Part shown: positions 10,696 through 20,205 of the stretch, piece after piece
Numbering within the stretch: the first letter of the stretch is position 1
How the letters are laid out: every line of letters starts with the position of its first letter
DNA from: Bacteroidia bacterium
GTDB lineage: Bacteria > Bacteroidota > Bacteroidia > M30B66
Reading direction: 5' to 3'
NCBI GenBank assembly: GCA_965279035.1
Contig: OZ257142.1
Span: 1,600,001 to 1,664,000, forward strand
DNA length: 64,000 bases
Program-made: the position numbers and the translations under genes
The notes under the pieces: generated by a model
The model's database searches: none
What the model saw: only the letters and a program-made list of their open reading frames with translations
What the model was told of the DNA's origin: nothing

Positions 10696-11622
10696 TCAAC
10701 TTATTAATTTTTTATAGATCTTATTTACTTTATCTATCTCTTTGTACTTATCTTTAAAATTTGTAAACTCAATTCCCTCTTTTGCCCCTAGGCATAATAT
10801 ACCTGAGTGAATTAAACTTTTATAAAATAAACTTTGAACACGATTTTGAAGTTCTTTATTAAAGTAGATGAGTACGTTTCTACAAAGTATTAAATGAGAT
10901 TCTGCAAATACTTGATCAGTTACTAAATTATGATTAGCCCAAACAATATTCTTTTTCAACGATTGATTCATTATTGCAAAATCATAACTCGAAGTATAAT
11001 AGGATGAAAAAGCTTCTTCTCCTCCAGATAATTGATAATTGGTTGTATTTTCTTTCATTTTATTTAATGTGAATATTCCTGATTTTGCTTTATCTAAAGC
11101 CTCTTGATTAAAATCAGTTGCATAGATTGTTGTTCTATCATATAAACCTTCTTCCATTAGTAATATAGCCATTGAATATGCTTCTTCGCCTGTTGAACAG
11201 CCAGCATGCCATATTTTAATAAATGGATATGTTTTTAAAATGGGTATAACTTGTTCTCTAAGTGATCTATAGAATCCCTTATCTCTGAACATTTCTGTTA
11301 CAGTTATAGATAAATCTTGAAGAAATATAGCCGCAAAAGATTCATCATTAATAAGTTTGTCTTTTAATAATCGAACTGATTGTATCTCTTCTATTCGCAT
11401 TCTTGTCATTATTCTACGTTGAATATGAGCTTGTGAATACTCTCTAAAATCATAACCGTATTTTTCATATAAGGCATATAATAAATGCTGAATCTCTTCC
11501 TCATTTATATGCATTTTCAATTTATTTTTCTCTCCATTTATATTAATTCTTGATGAATTGCTTTCACTTTCTGAAATTTGATTAATTAATGGTTGATCAA
11601 TTTTATTTAGTTTATTATTCAT
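10696..11622 (-). CDS. cheR: CheR-type protein-glutamate O-methyltransferase
   Basis: YGYDFREY, SITVTEMFRD, IWHAGCSTGEEAYS, ATD, ILCRNVLIYF. Start uncertain (11514, 11622 or 11709). Confidence 0.9.
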   Translation of the reverse strand: MNNKLNKIDQPLINQISESESNSSRININGEKNKLKMHINEEEIQHLLYALYEKYGYDFREYSQAHIQRRIMTRMRIEEIQSVRLLKDKLINDESFAAIFLQDLSITVTEMFRDKGFYRSLREQVIPILKTYPFIKIWHAGCSTGEEAYSMAILLMEEGLYDRTTIYATDFNQEALDKAKSGIFTLNKMKENTTNYQLSGGEEAFSSYYTSSYDFAIMNQSLKKNIVWANHNLVTDQVFAESHLILCRNVLIYFNKELQNRVQSLFYKSLIHSGILCLGAKEGIEFTNFKDKYKEIDKVNKIYKKLIS

Positions 11623-12105
11623 ATTTATGAAATCAATCGCTGCCTTAACTAAAATTATTTTATAATTGCTAGTATTCAGTCTTTCGTTCTCATCATTATA
11701 AATATACAATTATATTATTTAATGTTTTTTTTAGTGAATTGTCATATCGATATATTTTCATGTTTTGTTCTGTTATTTTGTTTTACATTTCATTAATCCA
11801 TGCATTAGTCATAATTTATCTTACTTATTTTGATTATTATCATATTTCTCATACATTTTTTCTAAATGACAATTCTGATGAATTGTAAAAACAAAATAAA
11901 TAATTGTGTAATATTTATCCCCACTTCAATATTTTAATAATAATTATATTTTAAATTTTGAATTGATTTTAATTTTTTAAATATGAAGTTTTATACTTTT
12001 TCAAATAGCTCATTGTATCTGTAATAATTGAAATGTCAAATTTTATTAATATTGATTTTCAATTAAATTAAATTTATCTTACTTTCGACTTGTCAATAAA
12101 TTCAT

Positions 12106-15100
12106 ATGCTCAATTTCAATTACCTTGCTGGTCGTTTCATTTTATTTTCTTTATATCTGTCAAGTTTTATTTTATTGATTGATTCTTGTTCTTCTAAATC
12201 CTCTCAAACAGAAGAATCATCAACGGAAAAGACACAAACTGACTCTTTCCAAGTTCCTGTTAGAACAAACACCGAAACTCTTCCAGATTCGTTAAAGCTG
12301 AGACCAATTTTGCTATCTGAGCAAGATAAAGTGATACGCACAATGGTGCCCCAAACAAATTCGAATGCCTATGTTAAATTGAATACGGATGGGATTATTC
12401 AACAAGCAATACTCAAAAAGCCTGTGTTGATTCCTTTAAATACGATTAAAAATAAGGAAGGAAATTCTTTACTCGATTTATCAGGAGAACCCATCATTAT
12501 TGGCAACGGGGGAATGGCCTCATTCAAACAATATACTTCCGATAATGGATTATCTATGGATGTCGTTGTGAGTTCATTTACGGACGCATCTGGAAATCTT
12601 TGGTTTGGAACAATGGGCGGCGGAATTTCAAAATTCGATGGAAATTCATTCACTAATTACAATACAACGCATGGACTTTCACACAATCAAATTTATAGCA
12701 TTGCTCAAGATTCAACTGGAGCCATTTGGATTGCAACCTTAGGAGGAGGAATTTCATGTTTTAATGGTAAAGCATTTAAAAATTATAATGTTACTTCAGG
12801 CTTGGCAGATGATTTTGTCAATTGTATAACGATTGATAAAAAAGGAATTATTTGGTGTGGAACTCGTGAAGGAAAAGTTTCTTCTTTTGATGGAAAAAAA
12901 TTCACGAATTATACCTTAACCGATGGTGCAAATAATAATGCGGTTAATTGTGTTTATTGTGACAAAAAAGGCATTCTTTGGTTTGGTACAGAACGATCAG
13001 GCTTAATTAAATACGATGGCAATGAGTTTAAAACGTATTCCACTGAGCAAGGATTAAATGGAAGTACAATTCGATGTATAACGGGTGATCATGTCGGAAA
13101 TATTTGGTTAGGAAAATATGATTATGGAGTTTCAAAATTCGATGGCAAAACGTTTACTCAGTTTTCATCTTTCGAAGGAAATACCCAAGATGATATATTT
13201 TCCATTTATGTTGATCATCTCAATCGCGTTTGGATTGGAACTGATGGGGGAGGAGTAATGTGTTATGATCAACGTGTTGGAAAGGGTAAATCTTTTAAAT
13301 CCTATAATTCAGAAATAGGATTGGCTAATAATTCAGTATTTGGCATTACAGAAGATTTAAATGGACATATCTGGATTTCAACCTATGGTGGAGGTGTGAT
13401 CCGTTTTGATGGCGATGCCTTTACCATTTTTTCGAAAATACAAGGTCTCGCTGCCAATAATATAATATCTATTCATCAAGATGTACATGGAAACTTGTGG
13501 TTTGGATCAATAGGATCGGGTGTATCCTGTTTTAATGGAAAATCTTTTTTAAATTATTCTCAATCTCAAGGCTTATCAGGTGGCGTTGTTACTTGTATGG
13601 TAAATGATAGTTTAGGGAATATTTGGTTTGGAACAGACAGTGGTGGTTTTTCCTATTTTGACGGCTCTTCATTCACTACTTATACAACAGCTCAAGGCAT
13701 TCCTGCAAATTATATTTTATGCAGCTATATTGATCATACGGGAGTTGCTTGGTTTGGAACAGTTGGAGGTGGACTTTGTCGATTTGATGGAAAAACAATT
13801 ACGAATTATACTACACGACAAGGTTTAGCAGGTGATATGGTGATGACAATTTCTGAGGATAAATCGGGTAAAATTTGGGCTGCCTGTTATGGACAAGGAA
13901 TCTCAAGTTTTGATGGGAAAACATTTACCAATTATACAACGGCTCAAGGTTTAGCATTCAATACGGTATTTCGAATTGTTGAAGATGTTAATGGAAATAT
14001 ATGGTGTGGAACAGACGGCAAAGGTTTAAGTATTTTGTTGAAGGATAAAATCAATTCAGAGAAACCAGAAAATCGATTTATTAATTATTCAGTTCGAGAT
14101 GGTTTATCCGACAATACAATAACTCAAATACTTTTTCTTAAAAATAAAAAGGTAGCGCTTGGAACAAATGCCGGAGTCAGCATTTTTGATTTCCCTGATT
14201 TTAAAAATCAAACAAAATTAAAAGATGTAGAGATTTTTAATGTCGCGAATGGGTATCCAATTAAAGATGTAAATGTTGGCCAAAATTGCATGTTGGAAGA
14301 TAATCAAGGTATACTTTGGTTAGGAACAGGAAGCGATAAAATACCATTAATTCGTTTCGATTATCAAGAAGTAATTCGAAATAAAAGAAAACCGGAAATT
14401 AACATTCAATCACTTAAGATAAATGAACAATCAATTGGATGGAATGATTTATTAATGAATAAAAACAATTCCATTGATTCAAACTTACTCGCAGCTCGAA
14501 GCATCGAAGAAATTCACACCTTTAAACGTGAATTATCACAAATCGATCGTGATACTTTAAAAGCTAAATTTGGAGATATTCAATTCTCTGGGATTCAAAA
14601 TCACTATCCAATTCCTGAAAAATTAGTTTTACCCTATCATCTCAATACGATCACTTTTGATTATTCAGCAATTGAACCATCCAACCCGGATTTAATGGTG
14701 TATCAATATAAACTCGAAGGATATGATGCTGAATGGAATCCAATTACTACTAAAACAAATGTTTCATTTGGTCATATTGGGGAAGGAAGCTACACCTTTA
14801 AATTAAAAGCACGCTATACTGGAATAAGTGATTCACTTGGTGCAGCCTGGACAGAGCCAATCGAATACTCATTTGAAATACTTCCTCCTTGGTATCGTAG
14901 CTGGTGGGCTTATATTCTCTATATTGTTGGAACAGGAGCTCTATTATATTTCATATTCCGTTGGAGGACTTCTGCACTACGTCGCGATAAAATTAAGCTG
15001 GAGCAAACCGTTAAAGAACGTACTGTTGAATTAGAAATAAAGAATAGAACGGTTGAGGAAAAGAATCGCGAAATTTTAGATAGTATAGAATATGCCAAAC

Positions 15101-15831
15101 GTATTCAAGCAACCATATTGCCTTCGGTACGAGTTGTGAAAAAATACTTACAAGATTCATTCATCCTATATATTCCTAAAGACATTGTTGCGGGTGATTT
15201 TTATTGGATGGAAAGTCCCGAAGACTGCAATACCGTATTTTTTGCTGCTTGCGATTGCACTGGACATGGTGTACCAGGAGCCATGGTAAGTGTAATTTGT
15301 CACAATGCGTTGAATAAATCCTTGAAGGAATTTGGAATGCGCACTCCTTCTGGCATTCTCGATAAAGTGGGAGAATTGGTCATAGAGGATTTCAATAAAA
15401 ACATTGATATCGAAGGTGAAATTCTCGATGGAATGGATGCTTCTGTTTGTGCACTCGACACTGATACAGGTAAATTGCAATGGGCAGGTGCAAATAATCC
15501 TTTATGGCTTGTTCGTAACGGAAATCCATTGGAGGAAATTAAACCAGATAAGCAACCTGTTGGACAATCGGAAGATCGAAAACCGTATACCAATCATCAA
15601 TTTGATTTGCAAAAAGGCGATGTGATTTATTTAATTACAGATGGTTTTGCTGATCAATTTGGTGGAAATAAAAACAAGAAATTCCAGAAATCTCAATTAA
15701 GAGATTTGATTTATCAATTGCATACATTACCAATGGAAGAACAACGTAATAAACTCTTCGATGCCTTTATTCAGTGGAAAGGAAATACTGAGCAAATTGA
15801 TGATATTACGATTATTGGAGTGAGATTATAA
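12106..15831 (+). CDS. Membrane sensor with beta-propeller repeats, Y_Y_Y domain, TM helix and SpoIIE/PP2C phosphatase
   Basis: Many D-x-x-G-x-I/L-W-F-G-T..GG..FDG repeats, YQYKLEGYD, PPWYRSWWAY TM, KDIVAGDFYW, DCTGHG, DGMD, TDG, IDDIT. Confidence 0.92.
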   Translation: MLNFNYLAGRFILFSLYLSSFILLIDSCSSKSSQTEESSTEKTQTDSFQVPVRTNTETLPDSLKLRPILLSEQDKVIRTMVPQTNSNAYVKLNTDGIIQQAILKKPVLIPLNTIKNKEGNSLLDLSGEPIIIGNGGMASFKQYTSDNGLSMDVVVSSFTDASGNLWFGTMGGGISKFDGNSFTNYNTTHGLSHNQIYSIAQDSTGAIWIATLGGGISCFNGKAFKNYNVTSGLADDFVNCITIDKKGIIWCGTREGKVSSFDGKKFTNYTLTDGANNNAVNCVYCDKKGILWFGTERSGLIKYDGNEFKTYSTEQGLNGSTIRCITGDHVGNIWLGKYDYGVSKFDGKTFTQFSSFEGNTQDDIFSIYVDHLNRVWIGTDGGGVMCYDQRVGKGKSFKSYNSEIGLANNSVFGITEDLNGHIWISTYGGGVIRFDGDAFTIFSKIQGLAANNIISIHQDVHGNLWFGSIGSGVSCFNGKSFLNYSQSQGLSGGVVTCMVNDSLGNIWFGTDSGGFSYFDGSSFTTYTTAQGIPANYILCSYIDHTGVAWFGTVGGGLCRFDGKTITNYTTRQGLAGDMVMTISEDKSGKIWAACYGQGISSFDGKTFTNYTTAQGLAFNTVFRIVEDVNGNIWCGTDGKGLSILLKDKINSEKPENRFINYSVRDGLSDNTITQILFLKNKKVALGTNAGVSIFDFPDFKNQTKLKDVEIFNVANGYPIKDVNVGQNCMLEDNQGILWLGTGSDKIPLIRFDYQEVIRNKRKPEINIQSLKINEQSIGWNDLLMNKNNSIDSNLLAARSIEEIHTFKRELSQIDRDTLKAKFGDIQFSGIQNHYPIPEKLVLPYHLNTITFDYSAIEPSNPDLMVYQYKLEGYDAEWNPITTKTNVSFGHIGEGSYTFKLKARYTGISDSLGAAWTEPIEYSFEILPPWYRSWWAYILYIVGTGALLYFIFRWRTSALRRDKIKLEQTVKERTVELEIKNRTVEEKNREILDSIEYAKRIQATILPSVRVVKKYLQDSFILYIPKDIVAGDFYWMESPEDCNTVFFAACDCTGHGVPGAMVSVICHNALNKSLKEFGMRTPSGILDKVGELVIEDFNKNIDIEGEILDGMDASVCALDTDTGKLQWAGANNPLWLVRNGNPLEEIKPDKQPVGQSEDRKPYTNHQFDLQKGDVIYLITDGFADQFGGNKNKKFQKSQLRDLIYQLHTLPMEEQRNKLFDAFIQWKGNTEQIDDITIIGVRL

Positions 15832-15875
15832 ATGAAAAAATCACCAAGCATTGAATAATTTAAAGTGGAATCCTT

Positions 15876-17255
15876 ATGAAAATTAAATTAGTTGGAATCT
15901 TATGTGCATTTGTTTCCATTATTCAGGCACAATCAATTGCAGGTGGTCAATCGCATTCTTTATTTTTGTGCAATTCGAATGCTTTATTTTCTTGGGGAAA
16001 TAATTATCAAGGACAATTAGGTAATGGTGACACAACATCTACCAATGTAGCTTCACAATTACAAGGTTTAACGGATATTGTAGATGTTTCTTGTGGTGAT
16101 GTACATTCACTTTTGCTCAAAAGCGATAGTACAGTTTGGGCTTGGGGAGATAATACATTGGGCCAACTTGGAATTGGAACACTAATATCTAGTACTATTC
16201 CGGTTCAAGTCGATGGGCTTTCTGAAGTAATTGCCATTGATGGAGGTGGCGATCATTCGATTGCACTTAAGAAAGATGGAACTGTATGGACTTGGGGCTC
16301 TAATTCGAACGGTCAATTGGGTATTGAAAACAGTTTTATTAGCCTAGTTCCCGTTCAAGTGAGTGAACTAACGAATGTTATTGCCATTTCTGGTGGATAT
16401 TTGTTCAGTTTAGCACTTAAAAGTGATGGAACAGTTTGGGCTTGGGGATATAATAGTACTGGGCAATTAGGAAATAACACAACGCTTGAAAGTGCCATTC
16501 CCACGCAAGTGAGTAATTTAATTGGAATTTCATCCATTCATGCAGGATATTATCATTCAATAGCAATAAAGAATGATGCTACAGCTTGGGCATGGGGATA
16601 TAATGAAGATGGACAAATAGGATGTGGTTCTAACACAAGTTTTAATTTTCCAGTTCAAATGGTTGGACTTAATAATGTTGAGAAAGCAGCAGCAGGAAAT
16701 AGGCATTCACTTGTCATATTAAAAGATGGTTCATTATGGGCTTGTGGAAGTAATGGATTTGGGCAGCTTGGTAATAATTCGAATACGAGCAGTAATATTC
16801 CTATTCAGATAAATGAAGATTCTAATCATTCAAAAATAGCTTGTGGTTTCCTTTATTCTTTGGTATTGAAAGCTGACGGTACAGTGTGGTCTTGGGGTGA
16901 CAATTTAAGAGGACAACTCGGTGTCGCTAATAATATTACAAGCTATATTCTTGTAAATGCAATAATTCCCTGTCAAGCTTCACTTAGTTTGAAAGACATC
17001 ACATCACCTTCTGTTTTTTCTATTTATCCCAATCCATTTCATGATCGAACAACCCTAAGCTCATCTACCAATTTAATAGGCGCGAATGTGACACTCTATT
17101 CAAGCATTGGACAAGCTGTTATGCACTATACTAACTTGCAGGGCACAGCAATTACAATTGAGCGAAATGAATTAGCTAGCGGTATTTATTTCGTATCTGT
17201 TATGAAGGATAATAGAATTGTTTTTTCGCAAAAATTGATGATTATAGGTAAATGA
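15876..17255 (+). CDS. RCC1-repeat protein with T9SS type A sorting domain
   Basis: Repeated HS-x-x-L-K-x-DGTVW-x-WG-x-N-x-x-GQLG; C-terminal IYPNPF..ASGIYFV..QKLMI. Confidence 0.9.
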   Translation: MKIKLVGILCAFVSIIQAQSIAGGQSHSLFLCNSNALFSWGNNYQGQLGNGDTTSTNVASQLQGLTDIVDVSCGDVHSLLLKSDSTVWAWGDNTLGQLGIGTLISSTIPVQVDGLSEVIAIDGGGDHSIALKKDGTVWTWGSNSNGQLGIENSFISLVPVQVSELTNVIAISGGYLFSLALKSDGTVWAWGYNSTGQLGNNTTLESAIPTQVSNLIGISSIHAGYYHSIAIKNDATAWAWGYNEDGQIGCGSNTSFNFPVQMVGLNNVEKAAAGNRHSLVILKDGSLWACGSNGFGQLGNNSNTSSNIPIQINEDSNHSKIACGFLYSLVLKADGTVWSWGDNLRGQLGVANNITSYILVNAIIPCQASLSLKDITSPSVFSIYPNPFHDRTTLSSSTNLIGANVTLYSSIGQAVMHYTNLQGTAITIERNELASGIYFVSVMKDNRIVFSQKLMIIGK

Positions 17256-17442
17256 AATGTGTTGAATTTATAGATTAAATCCAATATATCGTTACAATTA
17301 AATACTCCCTGTTATTAAAAATTACGTACAAATTAAATCAATTGATGACCAATTTTCTCACCTGATTATCTGTTGCATGAATAATTTTTAACTTAAAATC
17401 AACTTGTGAAAAAAATAAAAATTAATTAGTATATGGATCTAT

Positions 17443-18318
17443 ATGGAAAAAAAATATTTTGATCTTAATTTTTCTAAGGAGGAATTATTATTTCTTTCTA
17501 AGAGAGCTCCTATACGTAGTTTTCCTGAAAATAAAGCGGATGGAATTAAACTACATGTTAAAAACAATCATGTATACATAGAAAAAGGCGAAGGAGAAAT
17601 TATAGTTTTTTTGCATGGATTACTCGGGAGTATTTATAACTATATTGACGTATTTCAATATTATTCAAAAAAATATAGGGTAGTTATGCCTTATTTACCG
17701 ATGTATGATTCCCCATTAAATGAATGTAGTGTTAAAAGCTTGGGTGATTATTTGGAGACTTTTGTTAAAGACATTTTGAATAATCAAAAAATTATTTTAG
17801 TAGGAACTTCAACAGGAGCTGGAGCAAGTATTTATTATTCTGTTAAACCAAATAATAGTGTGAAGGCATTGGTTTTATGTGGCAGTGTTGGTTTAGGACA
17901 TACTCCATTAACAGTTGGCAAAGGAATACCAAGAAATAATTTTGACTATATTCAATATTATGCTAGATCATTATTTTTTGATACATCAATTCCGCCTCAC
18001 GAAATGATGTTGGATGTTTTTAATGCAGTTCAAGACAATGAAATTGTTTTAAGAATAATTCGTTTAGCAAAAACGGCAATTAAAATAACGGAATCTGAAA
18101 TTATCCAATCAATAAAGAAACCTACTTTACTCATATGGGGTGAATCTGATAACATTACTCCTCTCTATACCGCTGAAAAATTTAATAATTTAATAGAGAA
18201 TTCTGTATTAAGAATAATTCCTAATTGCGGTCATGTTGTAAGTCAAGAAAAACCTTTCGTATTTATTGACTATTTAAATGATTTTTTGAAACAGGAAAAT
18301 TTATTCCCAGATGAATAA
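17443..18318 (+). CDS. Alpha/beta fold hydrolase
   Basis: FLHGLLG, GTSTG nucleophile elbow, LIWGESD, CGH. Confidence 0.85.
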   Translation: MEKKYFDLNFSKEELLFLSKRAPIRSFPENKADGIKLHVKNNHVYIEKGEGEIIVFLHGLLGSIYNYIDVFQYYSKKYRVVMPYLPMYDSPLNECSVKSLGDYLETFVKDILNNQKIILVGTSTGAGASIYYSVKPNNSVKALVLCGSVGLGHTPLTVGKGIPRNNFDYIQYYARSLFFDTSIPPHEMMLDVFNAVQDNEIVLRIIRLAKTAIKITESEIIQSIKKPTLLIWGESDNITPLYTAEKFNNLIENSVLRIIPNCGHVVSQEKPFVFIDYLNDFLKQENLFPDE

Positions 18319-19618
18319 TAAAGAGAAAACGAAAAAATATAAAAGTATTAATACTGGAGAGGTTGCATTACCTATTTGTATCAGCCATATTGAAAATAAC
18401 ATCATGTATGATATTGAACAAAATTCATATATTGATTTTACTAGTGGATTTGGCGTTACGAATGCTGGATGGCAACGAATTGAAGTAATTAATGCAATAA
18501 AAAACCAATTAGATAAACTTATTTATAGTTCACCCTGGTTTCCAACGAATGAAGCCATTGAATTATCTGAGTTATTATTGAGTATTATGCCAGAAAATTC
18601 TTTTATGTGTTCTCGTTCTACTGGAGGAGCAGAATCAAATGAAACAATTTTAAAAGCATCTTATGCACTCAATGGGAAAAAAGATGTTCTTTCTCTTGCA
18701 AGGTCTTATCATGGTGGTTCAAAGTTTACGGTTAACATGAGTGATGTTGAATCATTTCGACTTCCAAAACTTCCTTCAAAAAACCAGTATCATAAGGCCC
18801 CTTCACCATACTGCTATCGATGTCCTTTTGGTAAGCTACACGATAGCTGTAATATGGAATGCGGTCTTGCAGTTGAAGATATTATAAAAAACAACCCCGA
18901 TATAGGTATTTTTTATTTGGAACCTGTAATTGGTAGTGGTGGTGTAATAATTCCCCCTCAAAAGTATTTTAATATAGTTCAGGAAATATGTAGAACACAT
19001 AACGTTACATTTGTTTTTGATGAAGTAATTACAGGTTTTGGAAGATTAGGTATGCTAACAGGAATGGATATGTTTAATGTGGTTCCTGATGCAGTTAGTT
19101 TCGGCAAAGGGATGGGTGGTGGATTTATACCTATTGGCGCTTCTGTTTTATCGAAAGACTTGGCAGAAGTTTTCAGTAAATACGAAGATGTATCTGCAAC
19201 ATTTGCATGGACACCACTTGCTTGTGTTGCCGCAAAATCAAATATTGAACTTATTATCAAAGAAGATTTAGCTCTGAAATCAAAAGATAAAGGCTTTTAT
19301 TTAATGGAGCAGCTTCAATTTTTATTTAATAAATATATCCCAGAGCAATTAGGTGAAGTTCGAGGAAAAGGATTGTTGATAGGAGTTGAATTAGTTGAAA
19401 ATCAATTATCTAAAAAGCCTGCAATCAGGTTAATAAAAACTTTGACATTCAGTTTGATTCGGAATGGTCTTATGGTATGTACTTCGTGGGATTTTCAAGT
19501 ACTTATTTTTATGCCACCTTTAAATATATCAAATTCGGATATCGATAAAGCATTAGACATTGTGGAATCTCAATTACAATTCATTTCTCAAACTAGAAAT
19601 CAAAATATACTCAGATGA
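18311..19618 (+). CDS. Class III PLP-dependent aminotransferase
   Basis: YIDFTSGFGV, GAESNE, SYHG, EPVIGSGG, FDEVITGFGR, FGKGMGGG (PLP lysine), EVRGKGLL; overlaps the upstream hydrolase by 8 bp. Confidence 0.92.
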   Translation: MNNKEKTKKYKSINTGEVALPICISHIENNIMYDIEQNSYIDFTSGFGVTNAGWQRIEVINAIKNQLDKLIYSSPWFPTNEAIELSELLLSIMPENSFMCSRSTGGAESNETILKASYALNGKKDVLSLARSYHGGSKFTVNMSDVESFRLPKLPSKNQYHKAPSPYCYRCPFGKLHDSCNMECGLAVEDIIKNNPDIGIFYLEPVIGSGGVIIPPQKYFNIVQEICRTHNVTFVFDEVITGFGRLGMLTGMDMFNVVPDAVSFGKGMGGGFIPIGASVLSKDLAEVFSKYEDVSATFAWTPLACVAAKSNIELIIKEDLALKSKDKGFYLMEQLQFLFNKYIPEQLGEVRGKGLLIGVELVENQLSKKPAIRLIKTLTFSLIRNGLMVCTSWDFQVLIFMPPLNISNSDIDKALDIVESQLQFISQTRNQNILR

Positions 19619-19655
19619 TTGAGCAATATTGAAGATTAAATTAATTAAATATTTA

Positions 19656-20044
19656 AACCCGTTGTGCGGTTAAAAATTAAATATAATCTTCAATAATGTT
19701 AATCGCATATGTCAATTTTGAACACTAGAGAAAGGCTTTTAAATAAAATTATTTTAAAGTAAAATTAGGTTTAAAATGGATCAGTGCGATGGCATTGTCT
19801 GGGCGGCGAGGGTGTGTTTCGACATTGATTAGAAAAAAGAATGTCCGAGCAGAATGGTCGAAAAATAGCCCTGTGCGCATGCAGCATCGTCCAGACTTGA
19901 ACTTCTTTGGTTACTTTCTTGTTTCAAGACAAGAAAGTAATACGTTGTAGACAAACATGTATGATTTATTAACAAGATGCATTTATAGCCTTATTTCATT
20001 GATTGATATGAAAAAATAAATTGATAATTCAACCGCACAATACG
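19656..20044. repeat. Dispersed non-coding element, copy 1 (MITE-like, with structured core)
   Basis: Terminal inverted TTGTGCGGTT (19662-19671) / AACCGCACAA (20031-20040); reverse complement aligns end to end with 47713-48221. Confidence 0.8.
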
Positions 20045-20164
20045 TAAATATTTAATTTAATCTTAAGGAAAAAACCTATTAAGAAATATACATAAAATTA
20101 TCACACCCGTCCAAGACGTTTTAAAATAGGGTAAAAAAATAGAGTTGGTCCGGATTAAATCCGG

Positions 20165-20172
20165 TATGTTTG
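20165..20172 (+). promoter_or_regulatory. Bacteroidota -7 promoter box for the IS4 transposase
   Basis: TATGTTTG matches TAnnTTTG, 33 bp before the ATG. Confidence 0.55.
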
Positions 20173-20205
20173 AGTTACGACACAAAAACATAAACCAACT
20201 CCGGC

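Noticed and set aside
10071-11622. Flagellar chemotaxis operon
   Set aside because: No CheA, CheW, CheY or MCP genes; CheB lacks a receiver domain.
19656-20044. Dispersed element as a derivative of the neighbouring IS4
   Set aside because: Its termini do not resemble the IS4 TIR, and the IS4 has its own separate 9-bp target duplication about 50 bp away.
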